A stretch of 64,000 nucleotides of DNA from a plasmid. The position numbers and the translations under genes are program-made. Below, one piece after another: positions 9,180-17,485 of this stretch. The notes below the pieces were generated by a model. The model was not told where the DNA came from and made no database searches. It saw only the letters and a program-made list of their open reading frames with translations. The stretch lies in the sequence record NZ_KX443406.1, one strand, 5' to 3'. Within the stretch, counting starts at the first letter, position 1. The number at the start of each line of letters is the position of its first letter.

Positions 9180-9473
9180 ATGGACACCGATCTGATCGAG
9201 CAGACCGTCATCGTCACCGCAACCATCGCCCAGGAGGCGGACGGCCACACCAACACGGTCGACCTCGAGGCGCACCTGGACGGCGCAGGCTGCGTCCTCC
9301 CGCCCGTCTGGGCGCAGAGTCTCGTTGCCGCGCAGGCCGACCCGGGGGAGTGGAGCACTGACATCGCCGACCGGGTCCTCGCGGGCCACGGATACCGCCG
9401 CACCGACGAGTGGCTCGATGACGACAGCGGATGCTGGACCGCGACCGTCGAGCACATCGCCAGCGCATCCTGA
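9180..9473 (+). CDS. Small acidic hypothetical protein (97 aa)
   Basis: ORF directly after leader copy 3. Confidence 0.45.
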   Translation: MDTDLIEQTVIVTATIAQEADGHTNTVDLEAHLDGAGCVLPPVWAQSLVAAQADPGEWSTDIADRVLAGHGYRRTDEWLDDDSGCWTATVEHIASAS

Positions 9474-9546
9474 CACCATCGGATACCGGCAGCAGTTGGG
9501 CCGGGCCACTGGGTTCCGGCCCAACGCATACGAGGGGGAGAGCCAC

Positions 9547-10116
9547 ATGCAGGACGTCGAGCACGACGAGACGAACGCGTTCGTCGACGAGCCGACCGAC
9601 GACCCGGGCAGCGAGTACACCGAGCCCGAACTCGACCCCAAGGCTCACATGCTCTGCGCCGCCGTGTGGACCCGAGACGACACCACCTTGAGGTTCGTCG
9701 TCGAGCGGATGACCGAGGCCGACTTCGCGAACCCCTTCCACCGCCCTGTTTTCGCGGCGATCCGGGATGCGGTGCTGGCCGGCCACCCGCACGACCCGGC
9801 TAGCGTCAGCATGGCGCTCGGTCGCGCAGGCAGCCAGGCCGTACCGGCCGCCGTCCACAACCACTTCCGCGCGGCGCTCACCCTGGGGTCGTCCGCGGGC
9901 GCGCTGCGCTACTACGCCGCTGACGTCGTCGCTGTTGCGTACCGACGGAGCTTCCATGAGCTGGCGGCCACGATGGCGCACGCGGCAGCCGGGGCCGCGG
10001 AAGATCAACTGTTCCCGATCCTGGTCGACCTGGGCACCCGGCAGCGCAGCGAGATGAATCGACTCCGGTCCCTCCGCGACGACCCACTGCCCACGACGGC
10101 GACCGACCAGGCGTGA
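9547..10116 (+). CDS. Stand-alone DnaB-helicase N-terminal-domain protein
   Basis: RBS GAGGGGGAG; AHMLCAAVWTRDDTTLRFVVERMTEADFANPFHRPVFAAIRDAVLAGHPHDPASVSMAL matches the DnaB N-terminal domain consensus pattern. Confidence 0.5.
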   Translation: MQDVEHDETNAFVDEPTDDPGSEYTEPELDPKAHMLCAAVWTRDDTTLRFVVERMTEADFANPFHRPVFAAIRDAVLAGHPHDPASVSMALGRAGSQAVPAAVHNHFRAALTLGSSAGALRYYAADVVAVAYRRSFHELAATMAHAAAGAAEDQLFPILVDLGTRQRSEMNRLRSLRDDPLPTTATDQA

Positions 10117-10162
10117 CGCGGGGTCCAGGCTGCAATATTCCCGTTCGCAATAGGATGGGCGC

Positions 10163-10747
10163 ATGATGATCGGATACGCGCGGGCCGAGGAAGGCCACGA
10201 CGAGGACCAGCAACGCTCGTCGCTCGTCGCGCTGGGAGTCCAGCCCGATCACATCCATATCGACCGCGGTCTACGCGGGACCAGGAACGACCTGCCCGCC
10301 CGCACGGCCATGCTCGCACGCCTCACCGCCGGCGACGTCATCGCGGTCACCGGACTCGAGCGACTGGCCCGCTCCGCTGCCGAGCTGGGCGAAGTCGCTG
10401 GCGTGATCGAGCAGCGCGGCGCATCACTTCGCGTCGGATCGACCGTTTACGACCCGGACACCGAGACCGGCCGCACCGCGTTCGCCATGCTCACCCAGAC
10501 CTTCCCCGACTTCCAAGCCGGAATCTTCCAACTTCGGCTGTCCGGGCCGCGCGCGAAAGCCAAAGCTGCAGGACGGTATCCGGGCGGCAAGGCGAAGCTC
10601 ACACCAGAGCAGAGCCGTGCAATGTTCGAGCAGTACCAGTCCGGCGAGAAGACAGTCGCCGACCTGCAGAAGGAACACGGGCTGAGCAAGTCCGGTGTGT
10701 ACGTGTACCTGCGGCAGGAACGCGACGCCCGCAACAACACTGCCTAG
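10163..10747 (+). CDS. Serine-recombinase (resolvase/invertase) homologue lacking the catalytic Ser; probable DNA-binding derivative
   Basis: MMIGYARAEEGHDEDQQ replaces the canonical GYARVSTxxQ. The remaining resolvase-fold blocks and a C-terminal HTH (GEKTVADLQKEHGLSKSGVYVYL) are retained. Confidence 0.55.
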   Translation: MMIGYARAEEGHDEDQQRSSLVALGVQPDHIHIDRGLRGTRNDLPARTAMLARLTAGDVIAVTGLERLARSAAELGEVAGVIEQRGASLRVGSTVYDPDTETGRTAFAMLTQTFPDFQAGIFQLRLSGPRAKAKAAGRYPGGKAKLTPEQSRAMFEQYQSGEKTVADLQKEHGLSKSGVYVYLRQERDARNNTA

Positions 10748-10930
10748 ACCACGCAATCGGAATTGCCCTCGCTCCTGCCGATACCTGTTCGGGCCGCACC
10801 TCGACTGAGCCGGAGATTGCCGCTGGGTATCAAAGGAGACGAACGTGCCCTACCCCCAGTGGGTGGTGGCGGACGATGGACTCGCCCCCGACGCAAACCC
10901 AGGCAGAGCACGCCCACTGAGGAGGCTGCG

Positions 10931-11014
10931 ATGTTCGATCTTCCGTTCTGGGGGCCGCTCACGCCCGTGGTGATCGCAGTGGCCAACGCGCTCGACTGGC
11001 TGGGGGTGTGGTGA
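10931..11014 (+). CDS. Tiny ORF 1 of 4 (27 aa, MFDLPFWGPLTPVVIAVANALDWLGVW)
   Basis: RBS GAGGAGG 7 nt upstream; stop overlaps the next start (TGATG). Confidence 0.25.
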   Translation: MFDLPFWGPLTPVVIAVANALDWLGVW

Positions 11015-11100
11015 TGGCACCGCTCGGCGGCGTCCTCGTCCCGGAGTGGCTGTACGACGTGCTCTACCAACTCTGGCTATGGGGCATTCCGCCGCACTAG
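11014..11100 (+). CDS. Tiny ORF 2 of 4 (28 aa, MAPLGGVLVPEWLYDVLYQLWLWGIPPH)
   Basis: Start overlaps the ORF1 stop; Trp/Tyr/Leu-rich. Confidence 0.25.
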   Translation: MAPLGGVLVPEWLYDVLYQLWLWGIPPH

Positions 11101-11114
11101 CAGGAGAGAAGCTC

Positions 11115-11219
11115 ATGGGTGACACGTTCTGGTTTCTGCCGTTGCCATTCGAGACGCTCCGATGGCTGGCTGCGACGTACCCATGCCTGGTCGACTTCCG
11201 CCAGGCGTGTGGGCGATAA
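11115..11219 (+). CDS. Tiny ORF 3 of 4 (34 aa, MGDTFWFLPLPFETLRWLAATYPCLVDFRQACGR)
   Basis: RBS AGGAGAGAAG. Confidence 0.25.
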   Translation: MGDTFWFLPLPFETLRWLAATYPCLVDFRQACGR

Positions 11220-11229
11220 GGAGACGGTC

Positions 11230-11337
11230 ATGCTCGACTACGGATTCTTCGGCCGCACCCTCGGCCCTCTCGGCGAGGCGATGGACATTGTCATCTACTG
11301 GATCGCCACAGGCGTGCGGCTGATGCCGCACGCATAG
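11230..11337 (+). CDS. Tiny ORF 4 of 4 (35 aa, MLDYGFFGRTLGPLGEAMDIVIYWIATGVRLMPHA)
   Basis: RBS AAGGAGACGG. Confidence 0.25.
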   Translation: MLDYGFFGRTLGPLGEAMDIVIYWIATGVRLMPHA

Positions 11338-11339
11338 CG

Positions 11340-11680
11340 CGCGAATCACCGAGGCCCTTCTCGACAATTTCCCCGGGGTGCGTTGCACCGTTGTGCGCCT
11401 GTGGCGCACCCCGAAACGAGCTCCGCTGCGCTCCGCCCCTGGAAAAGACTTCTTCCTTTTTCCCTTCTGGCTTCCGATTTTGACCGGCGGTGACCTCCGC
11501 GCAACCCCTTGGCGCTGCGCGGCCTGACGGCTCCGAAAATTCTCTCCCCCGCTGCGCTCCTCCAAGATTTTTCGACCCCAGGGGTTGCACTCCGGCCCCC
11601 TCATACCGGTCCAAATACTCCATGCCAGAAGGGCAAAAGAACGGGCGGGGGAGAGACCCGTCCCCGAGTGAGGAGGGCGT
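11340..11680. repeat. Repeat-dense, comparatively AT-rich non-coding region (candidate origin/oriT-like)
   Basis: GGGGTGCG...CGCACCCC palindrome; direct repeats CGCTGCGCTCC x2; GCAACCCC/GGGGTTGC inverted pair; T-runs. Confidence 0.3.
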
Positions 11681-11847
11681 CATGCGTCGCGTTGAGGCGG
11701 AAGTCGATTCGAAGGACGAGATCGCCGAGATCGTCGAGTTGCTCGACGGAAACCCCTGGAACTAGATCAGCGCCCGAGAAATGAGTGAGTCGGGACAGAA
11801 GGTAGCTGCCCCGACTCGCTCTCCCGAACTGTAGGAGAGAGGCCATC

Positions 11848-13398
11848 ATGACCGCAACGACCACCCCCGAACTGCTCACCGTCGATCCCGCCACCCTCGA
11901 GATCGGTGACAACGTCCGCGACGAGGTCGACCTCGACGCGACACCCGAGTTCGTCGAGTCCATCGCAGAACACGGTGTGCTGCACCCGATCCTGGCAGAG
12001 CGCCGGAATGACGGCACCATCTTGGTCACCGATGGCCAGCGCCGACTTCTCGCCGCCCGCGTCGCGAACCGGACCAGCGTGCCCGTCATCATCCGGCCCC
12101 AGGGGAATGGAACCGACAACGCTCGCAAGGCCGCTCGCATCGGCCAGCAGATCGTCTCCAATGACCAGCGCGAAGCCCTCACCGATGGCCAGCGCGCCGC
12201 CGGCATCGCCGCCATGCTCGACCTGGTCCTGTCCCAGACCGCCGTCGCCAAGGCAGCCAGCGTCTCCCGCGACAGGGTCAAGACCCTCGCGACGGTCGGC
12301 GCATCGAAGGCCGCTCGCGCCAGCGTGGACGAGCATCAGTTCACCATCGAACAGGCCGCGACCATCGCCGAGTTCGAGGAAGCCGGCGACACCGAGGGCA
12401 TCAACCGCCTGCTCTCCTCTGGCAGCCACTACCAGTTCGACTACATGGCCGAGCGTCTGCGTTGTGACCGGGCGGAACGCATCGCACACGCCGAGGCAGC
12501 CGCGCCGTACGAGGCCAAGGGCTTCACCATCCTCGACGGCTACAACTACCACCCGGTCACGTTCGAGCACGTCCTCACCGAGACCGGCGAACCGATCACC
12601 CTCGAGACGGTCGAAGCTGACGCCTCCCGCTGGGGCGTCCGGCTGAGCTGGACCGAGGCGTGGTTCGACCGCCAGAGCGGGGCAGAGGTCGCCGAGGACG
12701 AAATCGACTGGGACACCCACGAGAACCCCGACCTCGAAGCCGAGGACGGCCTGATCCACATGAACAACATCGAGACCCGCCGCGTGTGGGACCGCGAGTT
12801 CCACCTGCTCGACCCCGGCAACCTCGAGGGCAGCGGCCTCCAGCTGAGCGATGTCGCCAAGGTCATGGTCGCGCGCAGGACCGGACGCGCTGCCGCAGTG
12901 CCGGCGACCGCCGAAGAAGCAGCCGCCCAGATCGAGGCGGAGCGCGAGGAACGCCGCCGCGTCCGAGAGCTGAATAAGCGCGCCGAGGCGGCGAACACCG
13001 TCCGACGCACCTTCCTGCGTACCCTGCTCGGACGCACCAAGCTCCCCGCGAACGCCTCCGTGTGGATCGCGGTCACCCTCGCGAGCGATCCTCACCTGCT
13101 GGCCGAGTACCACGCGAGCGACTGCTTCGGAGAGCTACTCGGGATCAAGGACTACCGACTCTCGAACAACGCCGTCCGGGACCTGGCCGTCGCAGCCAGC
13201 GACGCCCGCGCCCAGGTCATCACCTTCGCCCTGGTGATCGCCGCGATGGAGGCCCGCATGGTCAAGGACGCCTGGCGGACCCGGCCCCGAGGCGCAACCG
13301 CCTACCTCGAACTCCTCGCCGCGAACGGCTACGAACTGTCGGACGTCGAGAAGGCGATCGCCGCGCACATCAAGCCCGAGACCATCAGCCTCGACTAG
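11848..13398 (+). CDS. Large ParB/Sulfiredoxin-domain protein (ParB/KorB-like)
   Basis: N-terminal ParB fold (LLTVDPATLEIGDNVRDE...HGVLHPILAERRNDGTILVTDGQRRLLAAR); 516 aa; RBS GGAGAGAGG. Confidence 0.75.
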   Translation: MTATTTPELLTVDPATLEIGDNVRDEVDLDATPEFVESIAEHGVLHPILAERRNDGTILVTDGQRRLLAARVANRTSVPVIIRPQGNGTDNARKAARIGQQIVSNDQREALTDGQRAAGIAAMLDLVLSQTAVAKAASVSRDRVKTLATVGASKAARASVDEHQFTIEQAATIAEFEEAGDTEGINRLLSSGSHYQFDYMAERLRCDRAERIAHAEAAAPYEAKGFTILDGYNYHPVTFEHVLTETGEPITLETVEADASRWGVRLSWTEAWFDRQSGAEVAEDEIDWDTHENPDLEAEDGLIHMNNIETRRVWDREFHLLDPGNLEGSGLQLSDVAKVMVARRTGRAAAVPATAEEAAAQIEAEREERRRVRELNKRAEAANTVRRTFLRTLLGRTKLPANASVWIAVTLASDPHLLAEYHASDCFGELLGIKDYRLSNNAVRDLAVAASDARAQVITFALVIAAMEARMVKDAWRTRPRGATAYLELLAANGYELSDVEKAIAAHIKPETISLD

Positions 13399-13414
13399 AC
13401 CCGCACGCGAAGGA

Positions 13415-13438
13415 GGCCCGCACCGCACGGTGCGGGCC
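13415..13438 (+). terminator. Hairpin GGCCCGCACC-GCAC-GGTGCGGGCC after the ParB-like gene (weak T-tract)
   Basis: 10-bp perfect stem. Confidence 0.4.
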
Positions 13439-13477
13439 TTCGCCCCGTCTGCTGCACACTTGAACGAACGAGGAGGG

Positions 13478-13720
13478 GACATGACCGGCGAGCAGCACTT
13501 CGATCAGGATCCAGGCCCAGACGCCTGGGCCGACGACACGCTCGGCGCAGCCGAAGCGATGAGTGACGACGAGCTCGACGCAGCAATCGACGCCCTGGCC
13601 GCTCGCGAGCGACGGTGCCTCATCAGGGGGAACGTCGAGTACGCCAAGTCCCTCGCGCACGACAAGTGGGTCTGCATCACCGTTCGGACGAACAGAAACC
13701 GGCCGTGGCCTGGTAGTTGA
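13478..13720 (+). CDS. Hypothetical acidic protein (80 aa)
   Basis: RBS GAGGAGGGGA; ATG 13478. Confidence 0.45.
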   Translation, partial: DMTGEQHFDQDPGPDAWADDTLGAAEAMSDDELDAAIDALAARERRCLIRGNVEYAKSLAHDKWVCITVRTNRNRPWPGS

Positions 13721-13768
13721 CGTTCCGAACCGGCCTTCGCGCCAGCGCGGACCGCCCCACCGGAATCC

Positions 13769-13812
13769 CTATTTTGTAGTACACAAATAGCCAATTTTGT
13801 AGTACAGTATTA
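13769..13812 (+). promoter_or_regulatory. AT-rich operator with two direct repeats ATTTTGTAGTACA just upstream of the toxin gene
   Basis: The repeats at 13771-13783 and 13794-13806 are the only AT-rich patch in this region. Confidence 0.45.
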
Positions 13813-13814
13813 GC

Positions 13815-14081
13815 ATGGCAATCAAGTGGACCGGCAGCGCCGACAAGCATGGAATCGACCATGCCGACGCGACCCATGCAATCGCGCACGCGATGTACGT
13901 CGAGGAGGAGTTCGATGATCCTCGACCGCCGTCGACGATTCGGCCCACCCTGTTCATTGGTCCGCCGCGAAAGCTGGGCGGCCCCTTGCTCGAAGTGATG
14001 GTGGAGATCGGCCCTCGCGACATCACGGTCTTTCACGTGATGGAGGCCCGCCAGAAGCATCTCGACCGGATGGAGGACTGA
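13815..14081 (+). CDS. BrnT-like (DUF497) toxin
   Basis: IKWTGSADKHGIDHADATHAI fits the W-x4-KHGI-x-F/H-x-EA BrnT signature; 88 aa; stop overlaps the downstream start (TGATG). Confidence 0.5.
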   Translation: MAIKWTGSADKHGIDHADATHAIAHAMYVEEEFDDPRPPSTIRPTLFIGPPRKLGGPLLEVMVEIGPRDITVFHVMEARQKHLDRMED

Positions 14082-14446
14082 TGACGACCATGAAGACGGG
14101 GGTGGCGGCACAGATGGAGGAAGCCATGACCAGCAAGAAGAAGAGCTACGACGAGGCAGCCGACTGGGCCGAACACGAGATGACCCTGCCGGAGAACTCG
14201 AAGACGGCCCGCAGGGGAGCCGCCGCCGCCGAGGCGGGGCGAGCGCTCCTCGCGCGCGCCCATGCCGGGCGGCCGAGTCTGGATCCGCAGGCCAAGCCGG
14301 GGGAGGAATCTCCCCGGCGACAGGTGCGACTGCCCCTCGCGGTGAGCGAGCAGGTGGACGCGCTGGCGGCCGCCCAGGGTCGGCGCGCCGCCGAGGTCAT
14401 GCGCGACGCGATCACGATGTACGTCAACGAGCACGCAAGCCGCTGA
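14081..14446 (+). CDS. BrnA-like antitoxin with C-terminal RHH
   Basis: RQVRLPLAVSEQVDALAAAQGRRAAEVMRDAITMYV is an RHH block; toxin-first order typical of BrnTA. Confidence 0.5.
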   Translation: MTTMKTGVAAQMEEAMTSKKKSYDEAADWAEHEMTLPENSKTARRGAAAAEAGRALLARAHAGRPSLDPQAKPGEESPRRQVRLPLAVSEQVDALAAAQGRRAAEVMRDAITMYVNEHASR

Positions 14447-14499
14447 CGTGCCGTCCCGTCGGCGCGACGCCAGCGCCGGCGGGTAACGGAGCTTGAACA

Positions 14500-14545
14500 G
14501 GGCAGGGCATCAGGCCCAGCCCATCCGCCCAGGGAAGGGAACCTC
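14500..14545 (+). promoter_or_regulatory. Conserved leader copy 4 (GGGCATCAGGCCC 14505-14517 + CCAGGGAAGGGAACCTC)
   Basis: Sequence identity with copies 2 and 3. Confidence 0.5.
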
Positions 14546-15017
14546 ATGGAACCGATGAGCACCGCACTGCTGCCGGACTCTGCACGCGTGCCGGCGCCCG
14601 AATCGATCCGTGCCGCGCTGCAACGGCCGACTATGGCGGACGGTGTTGACCGCGGTGCTCACTTCGTAGGGCTGCAGATGCGGTTCGGGGATGGAGTTCA
14701 CCATCGCCTGCACTTCGTCGCGGTCGGTGATCGAGGGGTCGAGCCAGTGCTCCCAGAACGACGCGGGCAGGATGACAGGGGAGCGGTCATGGATGTGTCC
14801 GGTCGCGTCCGTCGCCTGTGTGGTGAGCACGGTGGTGGTCCACAGCCAGCCGACCCGGGTCGTCCTCGGTCTTGGACGGGTCCGGCCACAGCTCGTAGAG
14901 GCCGGCCATCGCGAGGACCGGGTCGTCGCCGTGGAGGAGGTACGGATTTCCTCCGTACCTTTTATCCATGGACCTGATTCCTGAGGCGTAGTCACTCCCG
15001 TCGCGCCCACCGCACAA
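14510..15017 (-). pseudogene. SOS-response-associated peptidase (SRAP/YedK, DUF159) remnant: N-terminally truncated and frameshifted
   Basis: NPYLLHGDDPVLAMAGLYELWPDP in one frame (14787-15017) and IHDRSPVILPASFWEHWLDP in another (below about 14818). The N-terminal Cys2 region is missing. Confidence 0.5.
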
Positions 15018-15510
15018 TCATCGGGATCCCCAATAACCCCGCGCCGATCTCGGCGACCGCGAGATTCGCAGCCGGTGAGGTGGAGGTTGCCGGTGTATGG
15101 GGTGGTATCCCACGCCGACGTGCGGCCCCGCCGCTGAAGGTCTTCCACGGGCCGCTCATCTACTCCGCGTATGCCCGCGTCTGGTGACGATCCAACAAAA
15201 CCAGAGCCGATCGCAATACGCTTCACAGGATGAAGTCCACTTGGCTTCTCAAGGAGAGCCGACACAGGCGGCGAACGGTGAGCCTACGGCCCTCCTACTG
15301 GCAGTTCGGGCCGTATCGGGCCCGTCCACTCATCAGACTTTTCAGGCGGGGATGGTCAGGCCATGCGAACTAAGGTATCCGTCTACCTATCTAAACTTCA
15401 ACTGAGGTCTTTGGCTTCATAACACTTGGCGCTCCTGCGTCGCATCGGTTGGAGTCAGCGCGTCGGGTTCCTGTATAAAGGGGAAAATGCTTACCCGAGG
15501 GAGGTGTAGA

Positions 15511-15870
15511 ATGGCAAGAAAAGTAGTCACACTCACAGAGTTCTTCGACGACTTCGATGGTGAGAAGATCGACGACGGCCTGTCCGAGACCATCGAGTTC
15601 ACCGTTCAAGGGACTAGTTATAGGATGGACCTCCGTCCGAAGAACGCCGAGAGGTTCCGCAAAGACCTTGAAAAGTGGATTGCAGCCGCAGTAAAGGTGG
15701 GCGGGCGTGCCAGTCGTTCTAAGCGGTCGGGGGTCGTGCCCGGGGGCTCTAGGAGATCCAAGGAAGGGCTAGCGGCGATTCGGAACTGGGCCGCCCGCAA
15801 CGGCTACCAAGTCTCCACCCGGGGGCGCATCGCCCGGGAAGTAGTTGAAGCCTACGACGCGGCACACTAG
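15511..15870 (+). CDS. lsr2: Lsr2 nucleoid-associated xenogeneic silencer
   Basis: MARKVVTLTEFFDDFDG...TIEFTVQGTSYRMDL...IRNWAARNGYQVSTRGRIAREVVEAYDAA matches Lsr2 end to end; RBS GAGGGAGG. Confidence 0.8.
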   Translation: MARKVVTLTEFFDDFDGEKIDDGLSETIEFTVQGTSYRMDLRPKNAERFRKDLEKWIAAAVKVGGRASRSKRSGVVPGGSRRSKEGLAAIRNWAARNGYQVSTRGRIAREVVEAYDAAH

Positions 15871-16551
15871 CCTCCATGTTCTTTCCTACCTCCGTGCACG
15901 CCCGGACTTCGGACCGCAGCTACCTCGCCAGCGGTTTCCCGGGCCTAATCCCACCGTGGCCCCTGGAAACTGGATGTGCGCGGAATGCTTACGAAAGAAG
16001 GATGACGTCTGCTGCAACAGAGGGAGGAGTCCGGCTATCTTTCAGTGAATCGATTGGCCTCACACCAAAAGGATCCTTCAGTGCCCGGTATTCCGGGCAA
16101 AGCACCTAGTCGACGATCGCCTCCGTCACATATTTCGAGTTTCTTACGCTTCAAAGAGGTGATCGGCTCCGGCGCAGAGGGGGCGCTAGTATCGATTCTG
16201 GTGCGGACGTACTCCGTACAATCCGCACTGGCTGGTCGGCAGCAGCCCCCGACCGCGCCGGCCAGCCCTTGTGGTGGGGAGGGGGTAGGAGGCGGCCCCC
16301 GGTGACGTGCTTGGTGCTGGGGGCCGTTTTAGTGCCGGGCGGAGTTCAATTGAGGCGGCGAGCATGAGTGACCAGCAGCCATACCTCGCAACCGGCGTTC
16401 TGGCTTCGATGTACAAAGATATTCCCGGCGCCGGGATGGGGGGCACTGGTACCCCTAGTGCGATGCGAGAACATCTCTTTCGGCTGGATCCCAATCGCGG
16501 ACAACCGGTAGGTCGCTGGAGCCTCATCTGGATGTGCCGGACATTCCTCTC

Positions 16552-17376
16552 CTACCCGTTAAGGCATGCGTCCGCAAGCGTGCTGATCGCGCAGGTAGCT
16601 CCGGCGGCGCTGCGCACCTCAGCGCCTGCCTGGAGGCCGTTTTGACTAGGAACAACGCTGAAGGTTTGTGGCATCGTCATCGGGGAAGTAAATCGATAAT
16701 CGAAGACCTTATCGACGATAGAAATGTCATTTCGGCGCATGTGCTCGCCCATCATGATGGCCAGCAGCGGACCATGGATTACAAGGCCGACGTAGCCCTC
16801 TCTATGACACCAATCGAGATCGTAGTGGATCCGATGGGCATTATATGTGAGGGCAGAAAACCGGAAAAGTAATCGTTCGTCAACAGCAACATCCAGGGTG
16901 GGGCCTTGTAGCGGCGTGGGTGATGTTGCGGGACGGGGAATCGGGTCTGAACCCGCGGCTCGATAGAGGATGTCTTGCTCTTCATGAATGATGAGGACGC
17001 GGTCCTGAAAAATATCCTGTTGGACCGTGGTAATGGTTAGCGGACCGGTTCGCCCCTCTTTGGTAACGGTCTTTTTGACGGACATGACCTTAGTCGCAGG
17101 CTTACCAATCTCAAGAAGTTGATGGGTTGTCACTCGACCGCCAGCGAACATGCGGCGTAGACCTGGCCCTGGTGGTACAGGTATACCGACAACTGGGTGG
17201 CCGTCTTCGCCCAGGTGTCGCTCTGGAGTACGTTCAAGGAGGTAGATCCAATGCCAGAGTGGCGGGACCCTGTCGCCCGGGGCGCAAGGTATTGTGAGGT
17301 CGAGCATTGCAGCGAGGGATTCAGCCGGCTCGCTAGCGATGATTTCGGTCCGTTCGATTTTGTCAGGCTGGGACAC
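16552..17376 (-). CDS. MaoC-like/double-hotdog (R)-hydratase family protein
   Basis: PLWHWIYLL...GHP...RRMFAGGRV block and a C-terminal hotdog region (GYVGLVIHGPLLA). Confidence 0.5.
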   Translation of the reverse strand: MSQPDKIERTEIIASEPAESLAAMLDLTIPCAPGDRVPPLWHWIYLLERTPERHLGEDGHPVVGIPVPPGPGLRRMFAGGRVTTHQLLEIGKPATKVMSVKKTVTKEGRTGPLTITTVQQDIFQDRVLIIHEEQDILYRAAGSDPIPRPATSPTPLQGPTLDVAVDERLLFRFSALTYNAHRIHYDLDWCHREGYVGLVIHGPLLAIMMGEHMRRNDISIVDKVFDYRFTSPMTMPQTFSVVPSQNGLQAGAEVRSAAGATCAISTLADACLNG

Positions 17377-17485
17377 GATTTCGTCTCCTCGCAGCTTGAG
17401 GTTCCTGTCTTGTTGAGGGCGGCTGCTCGGCGTCGTCGTGGTGGATAGAACTCAGTAGAAAGAAACGCGAGAAGAAGCCGACCAA

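Noticed and set aside
8985-9641. 218-aa minus-strand ORF
   Set aside because: Overlaps the consensus promoter, leader copy 3 and the plus-strand ORF it drives; composition-driven.
11767-13113. 448-aa minus-strand ORF antisense to the ParB-like gene
   Set aside because: ParB N-terminal domain identifies the plus strand as coding.
15880-16550. Several short plus and minus ORFs between lsr2 and the MaoC-like gene
   Set aside because: Mutually overlapping, no motifs, mixed codon bias; likely non-coding or decayed sequence inside the island.
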